64,000 nt of DNA from Candidatus Latescibacterota bacterium. GTDB taxonomy: Bacteria; Latescibacterota; UBA2968; UBA8231. Below the pieces are notes generated by a model, which worked only from the letters and a program-made list of their open reading frames with translations, did no database searches and was not told the DNA's origin. A program made the position numbers and the translations under genes. Location: NCBI GenBank assembly GCA_965208105.1, contig OZ242318.1:1600001-1664000 (forward strand), read 5' to 3'. This document shows, piece after piece, positions 55,063 through 64,000 of the stretch; the first letter of the stretch is position 1, and every line of letters starts with the position of its first letter.

Positions 55063-56271
55063 TCACCCGCCGGCGACGAACGGCTCGCGCTGAAACGACA
55101 TGAGGAGCTCGGGACCGCTTTCGGTCACGTGGCAGACGTCGCCGAGGGGAACGAACATCTTCCCGGACCCGGGAAGCGAGAATGTCGAGTGGAGGACCGC
55201 GGTGGTGCCTGCCTGGAATGGGGCCGCGTTGCTTTCGTTCAGCACCGGGCTCTCGCTGTAGTCCAGCCCCAGGCCGTGGCCCAGGCGGCCACCCTGGATC
55301 TCCCAGCCGCTCTCGGAAGCCTTCTCCCGCACCTCCCTGGCTACGCCTGCAACCGGAGCGCCCGGCTTCATCACCGCGAGTCCGGCGTCCTGGGCTTCCC
55401 GCGTAAGGGTGCAGATGCGCTCGAGCTCGGCGCAGGGCTCGCCGAGGGAACCGCTGCGATGGCCGTGGCACCAGTACCCCTTGTAGACGACGTAGGAGCA
55501 GGCGGCCAGAAGGTCGCCGGCTTGCAGCACCCGAAGGTGGGGCTTGACCTCGAGCTTGACGTCCGACCAGTCCGGCGCCGGTCCGGAGGCGATCCAGTAT
55601 TTGGCGACGTCGGCCCCCCGCCGGCGGATGGCGCGCTCCATTTCGGCAACCACCTCGATGCCGCGCATGCCGGGGCGGGCGGTCTTCACCAGGGTCTCGA
55701 AGCCGAGGTCGCTGAGCGCCGCGGCCTGGCGCATCATCTCCACTTCATCTGGGGTCTTGGCGTAGCGCAGCTCGGCGACGATGTCCCGGGTCGCGGCGAA
55801 CTTCCGCCCCAGACCCCGGACCATGGCCTGGTGAAAGGGGTGCGGCATGTTGTCGACCCCGACGACGCCCACCTGCCTGTCTCCAAAGCCGCTCTCTTCG
55901 AGGATTTTCAGGGTTTCGGCGGCGAAGCTCCCCGGAGCTCCCGGCTTGCCGGTGTCGACGGCTACGGCGTTGGGGTCGACCGCGGCCACCAAACGCACGT
56001 CGTCGAGTGGGGACACCTCGAGGACGAGGTCGCGCATGTAGGGCAGCCCGGCGAACATCAGCGCCGCCTCACCCACTCTGGGGACGACGACGGCCGAGTC
56101 GACGATGCGGTCGCAGTCCGCCCACCCCGACAGATAAGCCACGTGGCCTGTCTGCCCCCACATATGCTCCATCGCCGGCGAGTAGACGAACAGCGCGCCG
56201 AGGTCCTCTTCCTCCAGGAACTGCTGCACCTTGCCGATGCGATCGGCAATCCTTTCGCGGGATATCGCCAT
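55063..56271 (-). CDS. M24 family (Xaa-Pro peptidase/creatinase-like) protein with altered metal ligands
   Basis: Creatinase-N domain, LRYAKTPDEVEMMRQAA, GHGLGL, pita-bread fold motifs. Confidence 0.8.
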   Translation of the reverse strand: MAISRERIADRIGKVQQFLEEEDLGALFVYSPAMEHMWGQTGHVAYLSGWADCDRIVDSAVVVPRVGEAALMFAGLPYMRDLVLEVSPLDDVRLVAAVDPNAVAVDTGKPGAPGSFAAETLKILEESGFGDRQVGVVGVDNMPHPFHQAMVRGLGRKFAATRDIVAELRYAKTPDEVEMMRQAAALSDLGFETLVKTARPGMRGIEVVAEMERAIRRRGADVAKYWIASGPAPDWSDVKLEVKPHLRVLQAGDLLAACSYVVYKGYWCHGHRSGSLGEPCAELERICTLTREAQDAGLAVMKPGAPVAGVAREVREKASESGWEIQGGRLGHGLGLDYSESPVLNESNAAPFQAGTTAVLHSTFSLPGSGKMFVPLGDVCHVTESGPELLMSFQREPFVAGG

Positions 56272-56340
56272 GACTGCTCCCTATCCTTTTAGGTGGTCCT
56301 CGACCACACCGAGCCCTCTCGCTTCCAGATCGCCTTCATC

Positions 56341-56405
56341 CGTGGAATTGGTTCAAATCGTGGAATTGGTACAAATGTAAAGTTTAACTTGAAAAATATA
56401 CCAAT
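56341..56405. repeat. 18-bp tandem repeat plus inverted half-site upstream of the M24 gene (operator-like)
   Basis: CGTGGAATTGGTTCAAAT / CGTGGAATTGGTACAAAT (17/18). TACCAAT at 56399-56405 is inverted to ATTGGTA at 56365-56371. Confidence 0.6.
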
Positions 56406-56423
56406 ATTCTTCGGAATTCGGCG

Positions 56424-59400
56424 TTAGAGCGGGCGACCGTGCTCGGAAAAACCGATGATCGCCCGCGCGAAGAACGACATGGTGTCGAACTCGGCGGTCC
56501 GGAGCAGCGGATCGTCGTACTTCCTGCTATCCCTGGTGAGGCCGAGAGTGGTGAACAGATCGTAGCCGAAATAGGATGAGCGATTGATGGCGTGGATGAA
56601 CAGGGTCCGGCGCTCGAAACTCTCGCGGCTGCGCACCCGGTCTTCATGGCGGAAGGGCGCCGGCCCCAGCCCCTGGATGCCGCACTGAATGGTCGTCCGG
56701 CTCATGACAGGATACTCCACCCGCAGGATCGGCATCCAGGTGAGCCGCGATTGCAAGGCGCGGCTGGCGTAGGTGCCTCCCGGTTGGCGGTCGGCCTTGC
56801 GGTCCACCAGGCGCAGCATGGTGAACTTGAACTGCGGCTGCACCGTCGCTCCCCACAGGCGAATGGCGTAGTCCACGCGGCTGACCACGGCGAAATAGTC
56901 CAGGCGGCGGGACTGTTTGCCGCCTCCGCCTGTTCCCCCTCCACGCTGCCAGTTGAGCCGCAGGCGCAGCTTCTGCACTAGGTTCAGGGCAGACCATGGA
57001 TTCAGCCGCGCTTCCAGGTAGCTCTCATTGACCAGGCTGTCCCGGTAGTTCAGCGGATCGTCGACGAAGTAGTTGGCGAAAACCGTGGCGTAGCCGGGGG
57101 TGAACCCGGACCCGGTGGAGAAGCTGTGCCCCTGGTTGGGGATCTCCTCCAGCACGGCGAACTCGTCGGCTATGTCATCCCGGACCCGCCGCAGATGATT
57201 CTCCAAAAACAGGAGGCGCATGCCCCGGACCCCCTCGCGGCGGTAGCTGAGCAGGGCGTAGGTGGACCTGTTGCCTCCGGGTCCGGCCAGCTGGCGGACG
57301 GCGTAGCGGCCCAGGGTTACGGACCAGCGGCGGTTCAGGTCCATCTGCCCGAACAGTTGGGTGCCGCGCTGGTCCGCATCGTAGGGATGGTCGGGGTCGC
57401 GATCGTCCTCGAGGTGGTCCGGATCGTCGTTGTTGTTGCGGTCGAGGCCGTACTCGAACTCGTTCGATTCCACGTAGTACTGGAGAAAGGGCTCGCGGTA
57501 GTCGGGGACGCCGTTCAGATTGCGGTTGGTATCGGGAAGGCCGTCGCGGTCCTGATCCCGCCCCGGGAACACGCCGTCGGGGTCGACGAATTGATCGTCC
57601 TTGGGGGTGCCCAGTATCTTGCCGATGCGGACGTCAGGATAGCGGTCCCCGTCCTCGTTGTCCTGCACCAGGTGCCAGTAGACCGTGTCGTTGGCCAGGG
57701 CGTCCAGCACGCCGCCGTTGAGGGAGTACTCGCCATGCAGGTAGCCCCGCATCTCGGTTGTGAAGCCGGGATTGATGGCAAAGTGCTCAGCCCCCAGCCG
57801 CCACCTGCCGAGCCAGCGGGTCGCGTTGATGAAGTAAGCCCGGCCGCGGCGGGCGAAGCGGGGACTGCGGGCGAAGGCGGGGACGCGGTCCGCGTGAGCG
57901 GGATAGCGGCCGTAGAGGGCGGATTGAGCAATTTCCGCGTTGAGTTCCATCCCCGCCAGGCGGAGGCTGCCGTCGACGCCGTAGGTGAATAGCGCCGTGT
58001 TCTCTCCCACGTGAAACCGCACCCTGTCCAGGTTCGCCAGGTCCCGCACGTTTCCTCTCGCCCGCACCATGGTCTCGTAGAACGAGGTGCGGTACTGCTG
58101 CGCGTAGTTGCGGCCGTTGGGATTTCCCAGCCACAAAGTCGCCACGTCGATGCGGTAGTCGTTGCCTACGAGGGCATCCACCTCCACCGATTGCACCGCG
58201 GACTCCCCCCGCAGGTCGAACATGAATATCAGTTGCCAGTCTCCGTCCGCCCGCAGAACAGCTCCCGGGGTCTCCGCCTGGAAGTGCGCCAGTAGACCAT
58301 CAAGGTTGGTGGCCCTGCTGACGTCGTGCCCGGCCTCGTGGTCGGAGCGGTAGAAGTAGTCGGCGTAGAAGGGCACCTCGCGGCCCCGGTAGTAGAGGGT
58401 GGCGGTGCGCTCGGGGCCCGAGAAGCGATTGTAGATTTGGGGGCGGAACTCGCCGGTCGCGCGGGACACGGACCCCACCTGGATGGGCACTTTGGCGCGG
58501 TGGCGGATCACCCGGGGGCGCAGGTCCGGGCGCGCCATGCCGTTGACGATCAGGCCCACCTCGTGGACCACCGGACCGCCGCGCCCGTCGCGGGGCGAGT
58601 CGTCGGAGAAGCGCACGATCAGCCAGTCCACCATGGGCCGTTCGGGCCGGATCACCCCCTTGAGGCTGTTGCCGGGCCGGCTGCTCTCGTAGCTGTGCAG
58701 GTTGACGCCGTTGAACCCGAGGCGCAGGGACCCCACCCGACCCTCGGCGCGGCCGCCCAGAAGCATGGTTGAAAAGTCCGCGGTGTGCCGTCCCTCGTCG
58801 ACCCACGAGGGAATATCCCGGTAGTAGTCCGGCGGCCGCTCCAGGCGCGATGCCAGGCCGGTGAAGCCGACCCCCGGCACGGCCGCGTCGAAACGCAGGC
58901 CGTTGACGTCCACCCGCGACAGTGTCAGCGGGGTGAACCGGGCAATCAAACCGTCTCCGACCACGATGCTGTAGCCCCTTTTCCCGTAGCCGTCGCGGCC
59001 GACCACGAGATGGTCGAATACCGGCTGAAAGATATTCAGATCGGCGGTGACCACGCTGCCGTATCGCTTCCCGGCAGGGCGCCGCTCGATCCAGTGATAG
59101 AGGTCGTATCCGGTGATGAGCCGATCGCCCATGGGGCCGTAGAACGCCCGCCGCAGATCCTGGTAGGGAAAGGAGTGGTTGGGATAGTTTGCAAAGCTGT
59201 CGTGAGCGAAGTTGCGGTAGGGAATCGAGCTGCGCTGCAGGAAGGACCTGGAGGGCACGGTGGACGACAGGTGCAGGCGGTGCTGGTCCTGAGCGGGGGC
59301 TTCCGGCGGCCGGGCCAGGAGCAGCGCCCAGACACACAGCCGGCAGACCGCGCCTGTTCCCTGCCGCGCTGCCGGTCTGGGCTTCGACTTTGGAGGCGAT

Positions 59401-59429
59401 CCTCTAAGACAGCGCCACATCGGCAACAA
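56424..59429 (-). CDS. Large secreted/outer-membrane hypothetical protein with DxDxDG repeats (paralog of 42238..45120)
   Basis: Collinear shared blocks PYRNFA, VGDGLIA, NGVNLHSY, LVQDNEDGDRYPD, LNLVQKLRLRLNWQ, YFGYDL. Start uncertain. Confidence 0.7.
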   Translation of the reverse strand: MLPMWRCLRGSPPKSKPRPAARQGTGAVCRLCVWALLLARPPEAPAQDQHRLHLSSTVPSRSFLQRSSIPYRNFAHDSFANYPNHSFPYQDLRRAFYGPMGDRLITGYDLYHWIERRPAGKRYGSVVTADLNIFQPVFDHLVVGRDGYGKRGYSIVVGDGLIARFTPLTLSRVDVNGLRFDAAVPGVGFTGLASRLERPPDYYRDIPSWVDEGRHTADFSTMLLGGRAEGRVGSLRLGFNGVNLHSYESSRPGNSLKGVIRPERPMVDWLIVRFSDDSPRDGRGGPVVHEVGLIVNGMARPDLRPRVIRHRAKVPIQVGSVSRATGEFRPQIYNRFSGPERTATLYYRGREVPFYADYFYRSDHEAGHDVSRATNLDGLLAHFQAETPGAVLRADGDWQLIFMFDLRGESAVQSVEVDALVGNDYRIDVATLWLGNPNGRNYAQQYRTSFYETMVRARGNVRDLANLDRVRFHVGENTALFTYGVDGSLRLAGMELNAEIAQSALYGRYPAHADRVPAFARSPRFARRGRAYFINATRWLGRWRLGAEHFAINPGFTTEMRGYLHGEYSLNGGVLDALANDTVYWHLVQDNEDGDRYPDVRIGKILGTPKDDQFVDPDGVFPGRDQDRDGLPDTNRNLNGVPDYREPFLQYYVESNEFEYGLDRNNNDDPDHLEDDRDPDHPYDADQRGTQLFGQMDLNRRWSVTLGRYAVRQLAGPGGNRSTYALLSYRREGVRGMRLLFLENHLRRVRDDIADEFAVLEEIPNQGHSFSTGSGFTPGYATVFANYFVDDPLNYRDSLVNESYLEARLNPWSALNLVQKLRLRLNWQRGGGTGGGGKQSRRLDYFAVVSRVDYAIRLWGATVQPQFKFTMLRLVDRKADRQPGGTYASRALQSRLTWMPILRVEYPVMSRTTIQCGIQGLGPAPFRHEDRVRSRESFERRTLFIHAINRSSYFGYDLFTTLGLTRDSRKYDDPLLRTAEFDTMSFFARAIIGFSEHGRPL

Positions 59430-59502
59430 CTACCTGTCTCTCGGTGAAATACTGATAGGCAGCCTGCCGCAGGGCATCATCCGGCTCACCCGGTATGGGC
59501 TG

Positions 59503-60348
59503 CTAGGACTCGACCCAGTGGCGGTACAACGGCTTGACATCGGGTGGCAGTCCGTCGTAGACCTCGCGCCTTACCAGGGGCTCGGTGCGCATCCTGTCGT
59601 CGCCCCGGTCGGTCCAGTAACTGCGCTCCAGCGACCCCTCCCGGCACAGTCCCATGTTGAACCACCACGGGATCCAGCGCATGACCAGGCAGGTGCGCCT
59701 CCTGCCGGAGCTGTTGGGCATGATGCTGTGCCAGGTGCGGCCGTCGAGCATGAGCACGCTGCCGCCTGCGCCGGTGGCCTGCAACTCCGTCGGGTAGGTC
59801 GCAAAGCGGTCAATATGGGGGCCGGGGGACTGCCCGAACCTGTGGCTGCCGGGGACCACGGCGGTAGCGCCGTTGTCCTCGGTGAACGGGGTCAGCATCC
59901 ACAGGGTGTTGACGAGGACAGGCGCCTCGGGAAGGGACTTGAAGAGTTTGGCGGATATATGGCCGTCCTGGTTGTAGGGCCAGTCGCAGTGCAGCCCGCG
60001 GCGCCGGGCGCCGATGCCCACCGCCACGCCGCAGTCCTGGGCGAGATAGTGGGGTCCCAGCAGCCCCTCGAGGGCACCCGCCAGGCGCGGTTCGCAGAGG
60101 TAGGGGACGAAGGACTGGTCGTGGTTGAGCAGGCCCCGGGGGCGCGCCTCCTTGCCGTTTTCGACCAGGTCGGGATCGGACCACTGAGCGGGGTCCTCGC
60201 CGTCTGCGGGGAAGCGGTCGGGCTGCAGCAGCTCCGTGGTGCGCTCGACGCTGGCGAGCACCCGCGGGACCTCATCTTCGGGGATGACGCCCGGGATGAC
60301 GCAGAACCCGTCGATCTGCATGTGCATGACAATCTGCTCGACGTCCAT
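59503..60348 (-). CDS. PhyH family Fe(II)/2OG dioxygenase
   Basis: DGFCVIPGVI, GLHCD, NTLWMLTPFTEDNGAT.VVPGSH, RTWHS. Confidence 0.85.
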   Translation of the reverse strand: MDVEQIVMHMQIDGFCVIPGVIPEDEVPRVLASVERTTELLQPDRFPADGEDPAQWSDPDLVENGKEARPRGLLNHDQSFVPYLCEPRLAGALEGLLGPHYLAQDCGVAVGIGARRRGLHCDWPYNQDGHISAKLFKSLPEAPVLVNTLWMLTPFTEDNGATAVVPGSHRFGQSPGPHIDRFATYPTELQATGAGGSVLMLDGRTWHSIMPNSSGRRRTCLVMRWIPWWFNMGLCREGSLERSYWTDRGDDRMRTEPLVRREVYDGLPPDVKPLYRHWVES

Positions 60349-60690
60349 TAGCTCCTCCCGGCCCAACTATTTTACCCACCCTGGCTGCCCCGTGCAACCG
60401 CGGGATGGCAGGCCATTCCCCCAGGCCATTTTCCCGCTTCCGGGCCTGAGGTCCGGGCTCACGGCCGCGGCTGGCGCGGGCTCGCCAGGCGGCTGCGCGG
60501 GGAGGCCGCCGGCGCCTGCCATACCGGCGCTCAGGTATGTAATTTCCGCGGGGAAGGCACACCAGGCTCGTACCGTCCTCCATGGCCCCGAGCTTGGCAT
60601 CCTCCCCTTTATTTTGTTTTTTCAATCCGAAGTCGGAGAGATGATTTCTCGCGGGAAATAGTTATCGTGTCCCCTGCAAAGGAGGGATAA

Positions 60691-63600
60691 ATGACCGCAG
60701 CAGCAAGCGTTTTCCGCGTCCTGACCGCACTTTGGATCACGCTCGTACTGATCCCGGCTGCAGCCGGCGCCGGCACGGGCGGAAAGATCCTGGGCGTGGT
60801 CAAGGATGCCACCAGCGGAGCCGAGCTGCCCGGAACCAATATCGCGCTGACCGGAACCGAGCTGGAGACCACCGCGGACGAGAAGGGCCGCTTCTTCATC
60901 CTCAACGTGCCCGCGGGCACCTACACCCTAAGGGCCACCCATATCGGCTACGCGGCCTATACCCTCGAGGACGTGCGGGTATCGGCCGATTTGAGTACGC
61001 AAGTAGAGGTCGAGCTGACTTCTTCCGATATCCGGGTCGAGGAGGTGATCGTACAGGCGCAACGGCCCATCATCGACAAGAACGCCACCAACGCGGTGCG
61101 CATCGTCGATGCCGAGGACCTGGAAATTCTACCCTTCAGAGGCGTAGGTGGGGTGCTCAACCTGCAGCCCGGCGTGGTCCTGGACGAGGGCTCCCTGCAC
61201 ATCCGCGGCTCCCGTTCGGACGAGATCGGCTACTATGTCGATGGCGCCAGCGTGCGCAACCCGGTTTCGGGGGGAATGGCGGTCTACCTGATCGACGAGG
61301 CCGTGCAGGAGATCCAGCTCCAGGCCGGCGGCTTCAACGCCGAGTACGGCGGCGCCAACGCGGGCATCGTCCTGCAGGGACTGCGCACCGGGGCGCCCGA
61401 ATGGCAGGTCGGCCTGCTCACCGAGACCGACAATTTCACCTCTCCCTACAAGAAACGCTTCGGTACCTACTCCTACGGCTACTCCACCCAGGTCCTCACC
61501 TTGAGCGGCCCGGTGGCCGGCAGCAAAAAGGTGCGTGCCTTCCTGGCCGGACAACGCCGGATGAAGGAATTCCCGAGCATCTACTGGGACGGGTTCCGGT
61601 TCGAGGACCTGGTCGATTCGGGAAACCGCGGCGGGCGGGTCCACTGGGGCGAGGACGCCGAGGGCAATGCCGTGCCGGACTCGGTGGACCTGCATCTGAG
61701 GCCGGGAAACATCGACCATTCCGCTTCCGAGCGCATCAGCTTCAACGGCACCCTGCTCGTCGATCTGCAGCCCTACCAGCTGCGCCTCACCAGCCTTTAT
61801 TCCAAGGGGCTTGGCGAGCTCAACTCCCTCCCCATCTACAACATGCTCAATACGGCGCGCCTGCCCGAAGCCGAGCGGGTGTCGAGCCTGTTCAACATCA
61901 AGGGCACCCACTTCCTCAGCCCCAACACCTTCTACGAACTGAACGCCAGTCTCTACAGCCAGGGCTCCGAAATCTTCGATCCGGCGTTCGACGACAACTA
62001 CATGCTCTACAACGACAGCCTCGCCGTTGCCCAGGTCGACGATTCCTTCACTCCCTACTCATCCCAGGGGGTCTCGCCGCGGCCCTACGACCTGAGCGGC
62101 TTCCCCTTCGCCCGGCCAGGGGCCCTGGCCACCTATTACGGCAAGAGCGAGGACGGCTACTACGGAGTCAGCGGCAGCCTCACGAGCCAGACCGATATCC
62201 ACCAGTACAAGCTGGGGTTCGATCTCCAGCGCTGGTCATCGCGTCGCTTCGGCATCTCCGCCAGCGCGCTCCGCAACGCCATCGAGAACAACTACCCCGA
62301 GCTGGACGCGGTCTACGACCGCTACTACGCCGGCGAGATCGACGCGGACGAGGTGCTGGACGAGCTCATCGCCCGGGCCGAGTCCCTGCCCGACGGCGAG
62401 GGCAGCCTGGACGACTTCGCCTCCCTCATCCGCAATACCAGCCGGGGGGACTACTTCGGATTCGACGCCTTCGGGAGGCGGGACGAGGGCACCGGTCTCG
62501 AGGCGCCCCGCCATCCGCTGCTGGCCTCGGCCTACGTCCAGGACAAGGCCGAGTACAACGACCTCGTGGTGAACGCCGGCCTGCGCTGGGACTACTTCGA
62601 CGCCGCCAGCTTCCGCTTCAAGGACCCCGCGGCCCCGCGTCGCAACGATGCCGACTTCACCATCGACATCGACTCCATGGCCGCCACGCGCACCTTCCAC
62701 GAGTTCAGCCCGCGGCTGGGGTTCTCTTTTCCGGTGTCGGAGTTCACCGTTTTCCACGTCCAATACGGCCGCTTCTCGCAGATGCCCGCCATGCGCACCA
62801 TGTTCACCGGCGGGGCGCGGCTGGCGCTGGAGCTGGGCGGACAGAACTTCATCTCCGCTCCCACCGCCTTCGACATCGAGCCGATCCGCACCACCCAGTA
62901 CGAAATCGGCTTCGAGCACCAGTTCACCACGGCGGCATCCTTCGACATCACCGGCTTCTACCGCGACGTGAAGGGGCAGTTGCAGCTGCGGCGGCAGGAC
63001 ATCTCCTCCCTGGCGCAGAACGCCAACGCCTACAACTTTCTGCAGAACGGCGACTTCGCCACCACCAAGGGCCTGGAGTTCGTCCTCAAGCTGCGCCGGG
63101 TAAACCGCGTGCGGGCCGAGCTCAACTATACCCTGTCCGACGCGCGCGGCACCGGATCGTCGACCAGCTCGGCCGTTTCCGGGGTGGAAAACAACTCCAG
63201 CCTGCCGACCATCATCTCGCCCCTCGATTTCAACGAGACCCACCGGGGCAACCTCTTCGTCGACTATCGCTTCGCCGACAACGAGGCCAGCGCGCTTCTC
63301 CGCAGCCTGGGTGCCAACATCCTGATGAGGTTCAGCAGCGGCCACAACTTCACCCTGTTCGGCGGCTCCATCGGCCAGCGGGGCCCCGAGGAAGGAGGCA
63401 TTCTGGCCAGCGACGACCCGCGCAGCCGCACCCCCCTGGAGAGCATCAACACCTCTTCGACGCCCTGGACCTTCGAGGCCGACCTCAAGCTGGACAAGGG
63501 GATAGATCTGTTCGGCACCGACGTCGAGCTCTACCTCTACGTATACAACCTGTTCAACCGCAGGAACATCACCAACGTCTACGGGCGCACCGGCAACGCC

Positions 63601-63789
63601 GAGGACGACGGCTTCCTCACCGATCCCAACCTGAGCGGCCAGATCGTCGAGGCCAGCGGCGGGGCCACCTACCGGGAGCTCTACGAGTCCATCAACCTGG
63701 CCAACCGGCAGCACTTCTGGACCACCTCAGGGGGCGATCTCTTCGACAGTCCGCGCCAGATGCGCCTTGGGGTCGAGCTGGACTTCTAG
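60691..63789 (+). CDS. TonB-dependent receptor (carboxypeptidase-regulatory-like N-terminus)
   Basis: Signal peptide, GKILGVVKDA, HIRGSR...YYVDG, GGFNAEYG, FSPRLGFSFP, C-terminal PRQMRLGVELDF. Confidence 0.92.
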   Translation: MTAAASVFRVLTALWITLVLIPAAAGAGTGGKILGVVKDATSGAELPGTNIALTGTELETTADEKGRFFILNVPAGTYTLRATHIGYAAYTLEDVRVSADLSTQVEVELTSSDIRVEEVIVQAQRPIIDKNATNAVRIVDAEDLEILPFRGVGGVLNLQPGVVLDEGSLHIRGSRSDEIGYYVDGASVRNPVSGGMAVYLIDEAVQEIQLQAGGFNAEYGGANAGIVLQGLRTGAPEWQVGLLTETDNFTSPYKKRFGTYSYGYSTQVLTLSGPVAGSKKVRAFLAGQRRMKEFPSIYWDGFRFEDLVDSGNRGGRVHWGEDAEGNAVPDSVDLHLRPGNIDHSASERISFNGTLLVDLQPYQLRLTSLYSKGLGELNSLPIYNMLNTARLPEAERVSSLFNIKGTHFLSPNTFYELNASLYSQGSEIFDPAFDDNYMLYNDSLAVAQVDDSFTPYSSQGVSPRPYDLSGFPFARPGALATYYGKSEDGYYGVSGSLTSQTDIHQYKLGFDLQRWSSRRFGISASALRNAIENNYPELDAVYDRYYAGEIDADEVLDELIARAESLPDGEGSLDDFASLIRNTSRGDYFGFDAFGRRDEGTGLEAPRHPLLASAYVQDKAEYNDLVVNAGLRWDYFDAASFRFKDPAAPRRNDADFTIDIDSMAATRTFHEFSPRLGFSFPVSEFTVFHVQYGRFSQMPAMRTMFTGGARLALELGGQNFISAPTAFDIEPIRTTQYEIGFEHQFTTAASFDITGFYRDVKGQLQLRRQDISSLAQNANAYNFLQNGDFATTKGLEFVLKLRRVNRVRAELNYTLSDARGTGSSTSSAVSGVENNSSLPTIISPLDFNETHRGNLFVDYRFADNEASALLRSLGANILMRFSSGHNFTLFGGSIGQRGPEEGGILASDDPRSRTPLESINTSSTPWTFEADLKLDKGIDLFGTDVELYLYVYNLFNRRNITNVYGRTGNAEDDGFLTDPNLSGQIVEASGGATYRELYESINLANRQHFWTTSGGDLFDSPRQMRLGVELDF

Positions 63790-64000
63790 GGGAAGGAATA
63801 CAGGATGGCGCGGGGGCAAGCGGCACCGCCCGGCGCGGCCTGTAGCGGGAGCAGGTCCAGGATGATGCTTGGATGGGGCGTGGAGGAGAAGGACCGCCTG
63901 GCGCGGGCGGTGGCGGAAGGACGCTCCGGGTGACGCGGGATAGGGGGCCCAGCGAGCATGGCTGGCCGGACTCGGCGAATGTGAATGCCTGAGAACTGGT

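Noticed and set aside
63790-64000. Possible gene start after the TonB receptor
   Set aside because: Only short ORFs without recognisable features; cannot be judged at the window edge.

Overview
High-GC bacterial chromosomal window with about 50 CDS. I saw no rRNA, tRNA, CRISPR array, integrase or transposase. The only core gene is polA. The rest is accessory: sugar-acid/sialic-acid-type enzymes (NanA-like aldolase, amidohydrolase, RspA/ManD dehydratase, Asp-box sialidase-like protein, two paralogous beta-propeller GH-like proteins), four PhyH dioxygenases, ankyrin/WD40/HEAT repeat proteins, two TonB-dependent receptors, S8/S9/M24/M50 peptidases and phosphonoacetate hydrolase. This profile suggests a Latescibacterota-like, possibly sponge-associated organism (inference only). 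Most notable: (1) a three-subunit, split-beta cobalt nitrile hydratase/thiocyanate hydrolase-like operon with an apparently hybrid substrate pocket and a His-rich alpha subunit; (2) an ABC-F gene behind a promoter, leader peptide (MIRIWSFAK) and terminator, i.e. an attenuator; (3) two paralogous ~1000-aa unknown outer-membrane-like proteins with Ca-binding-type Asp repeats; (4) deletion scars (MazF and HsdM N-termini, a duplicated S9 peptidase 3' end). All calls come from motif recognition by eye; no database searches were run.
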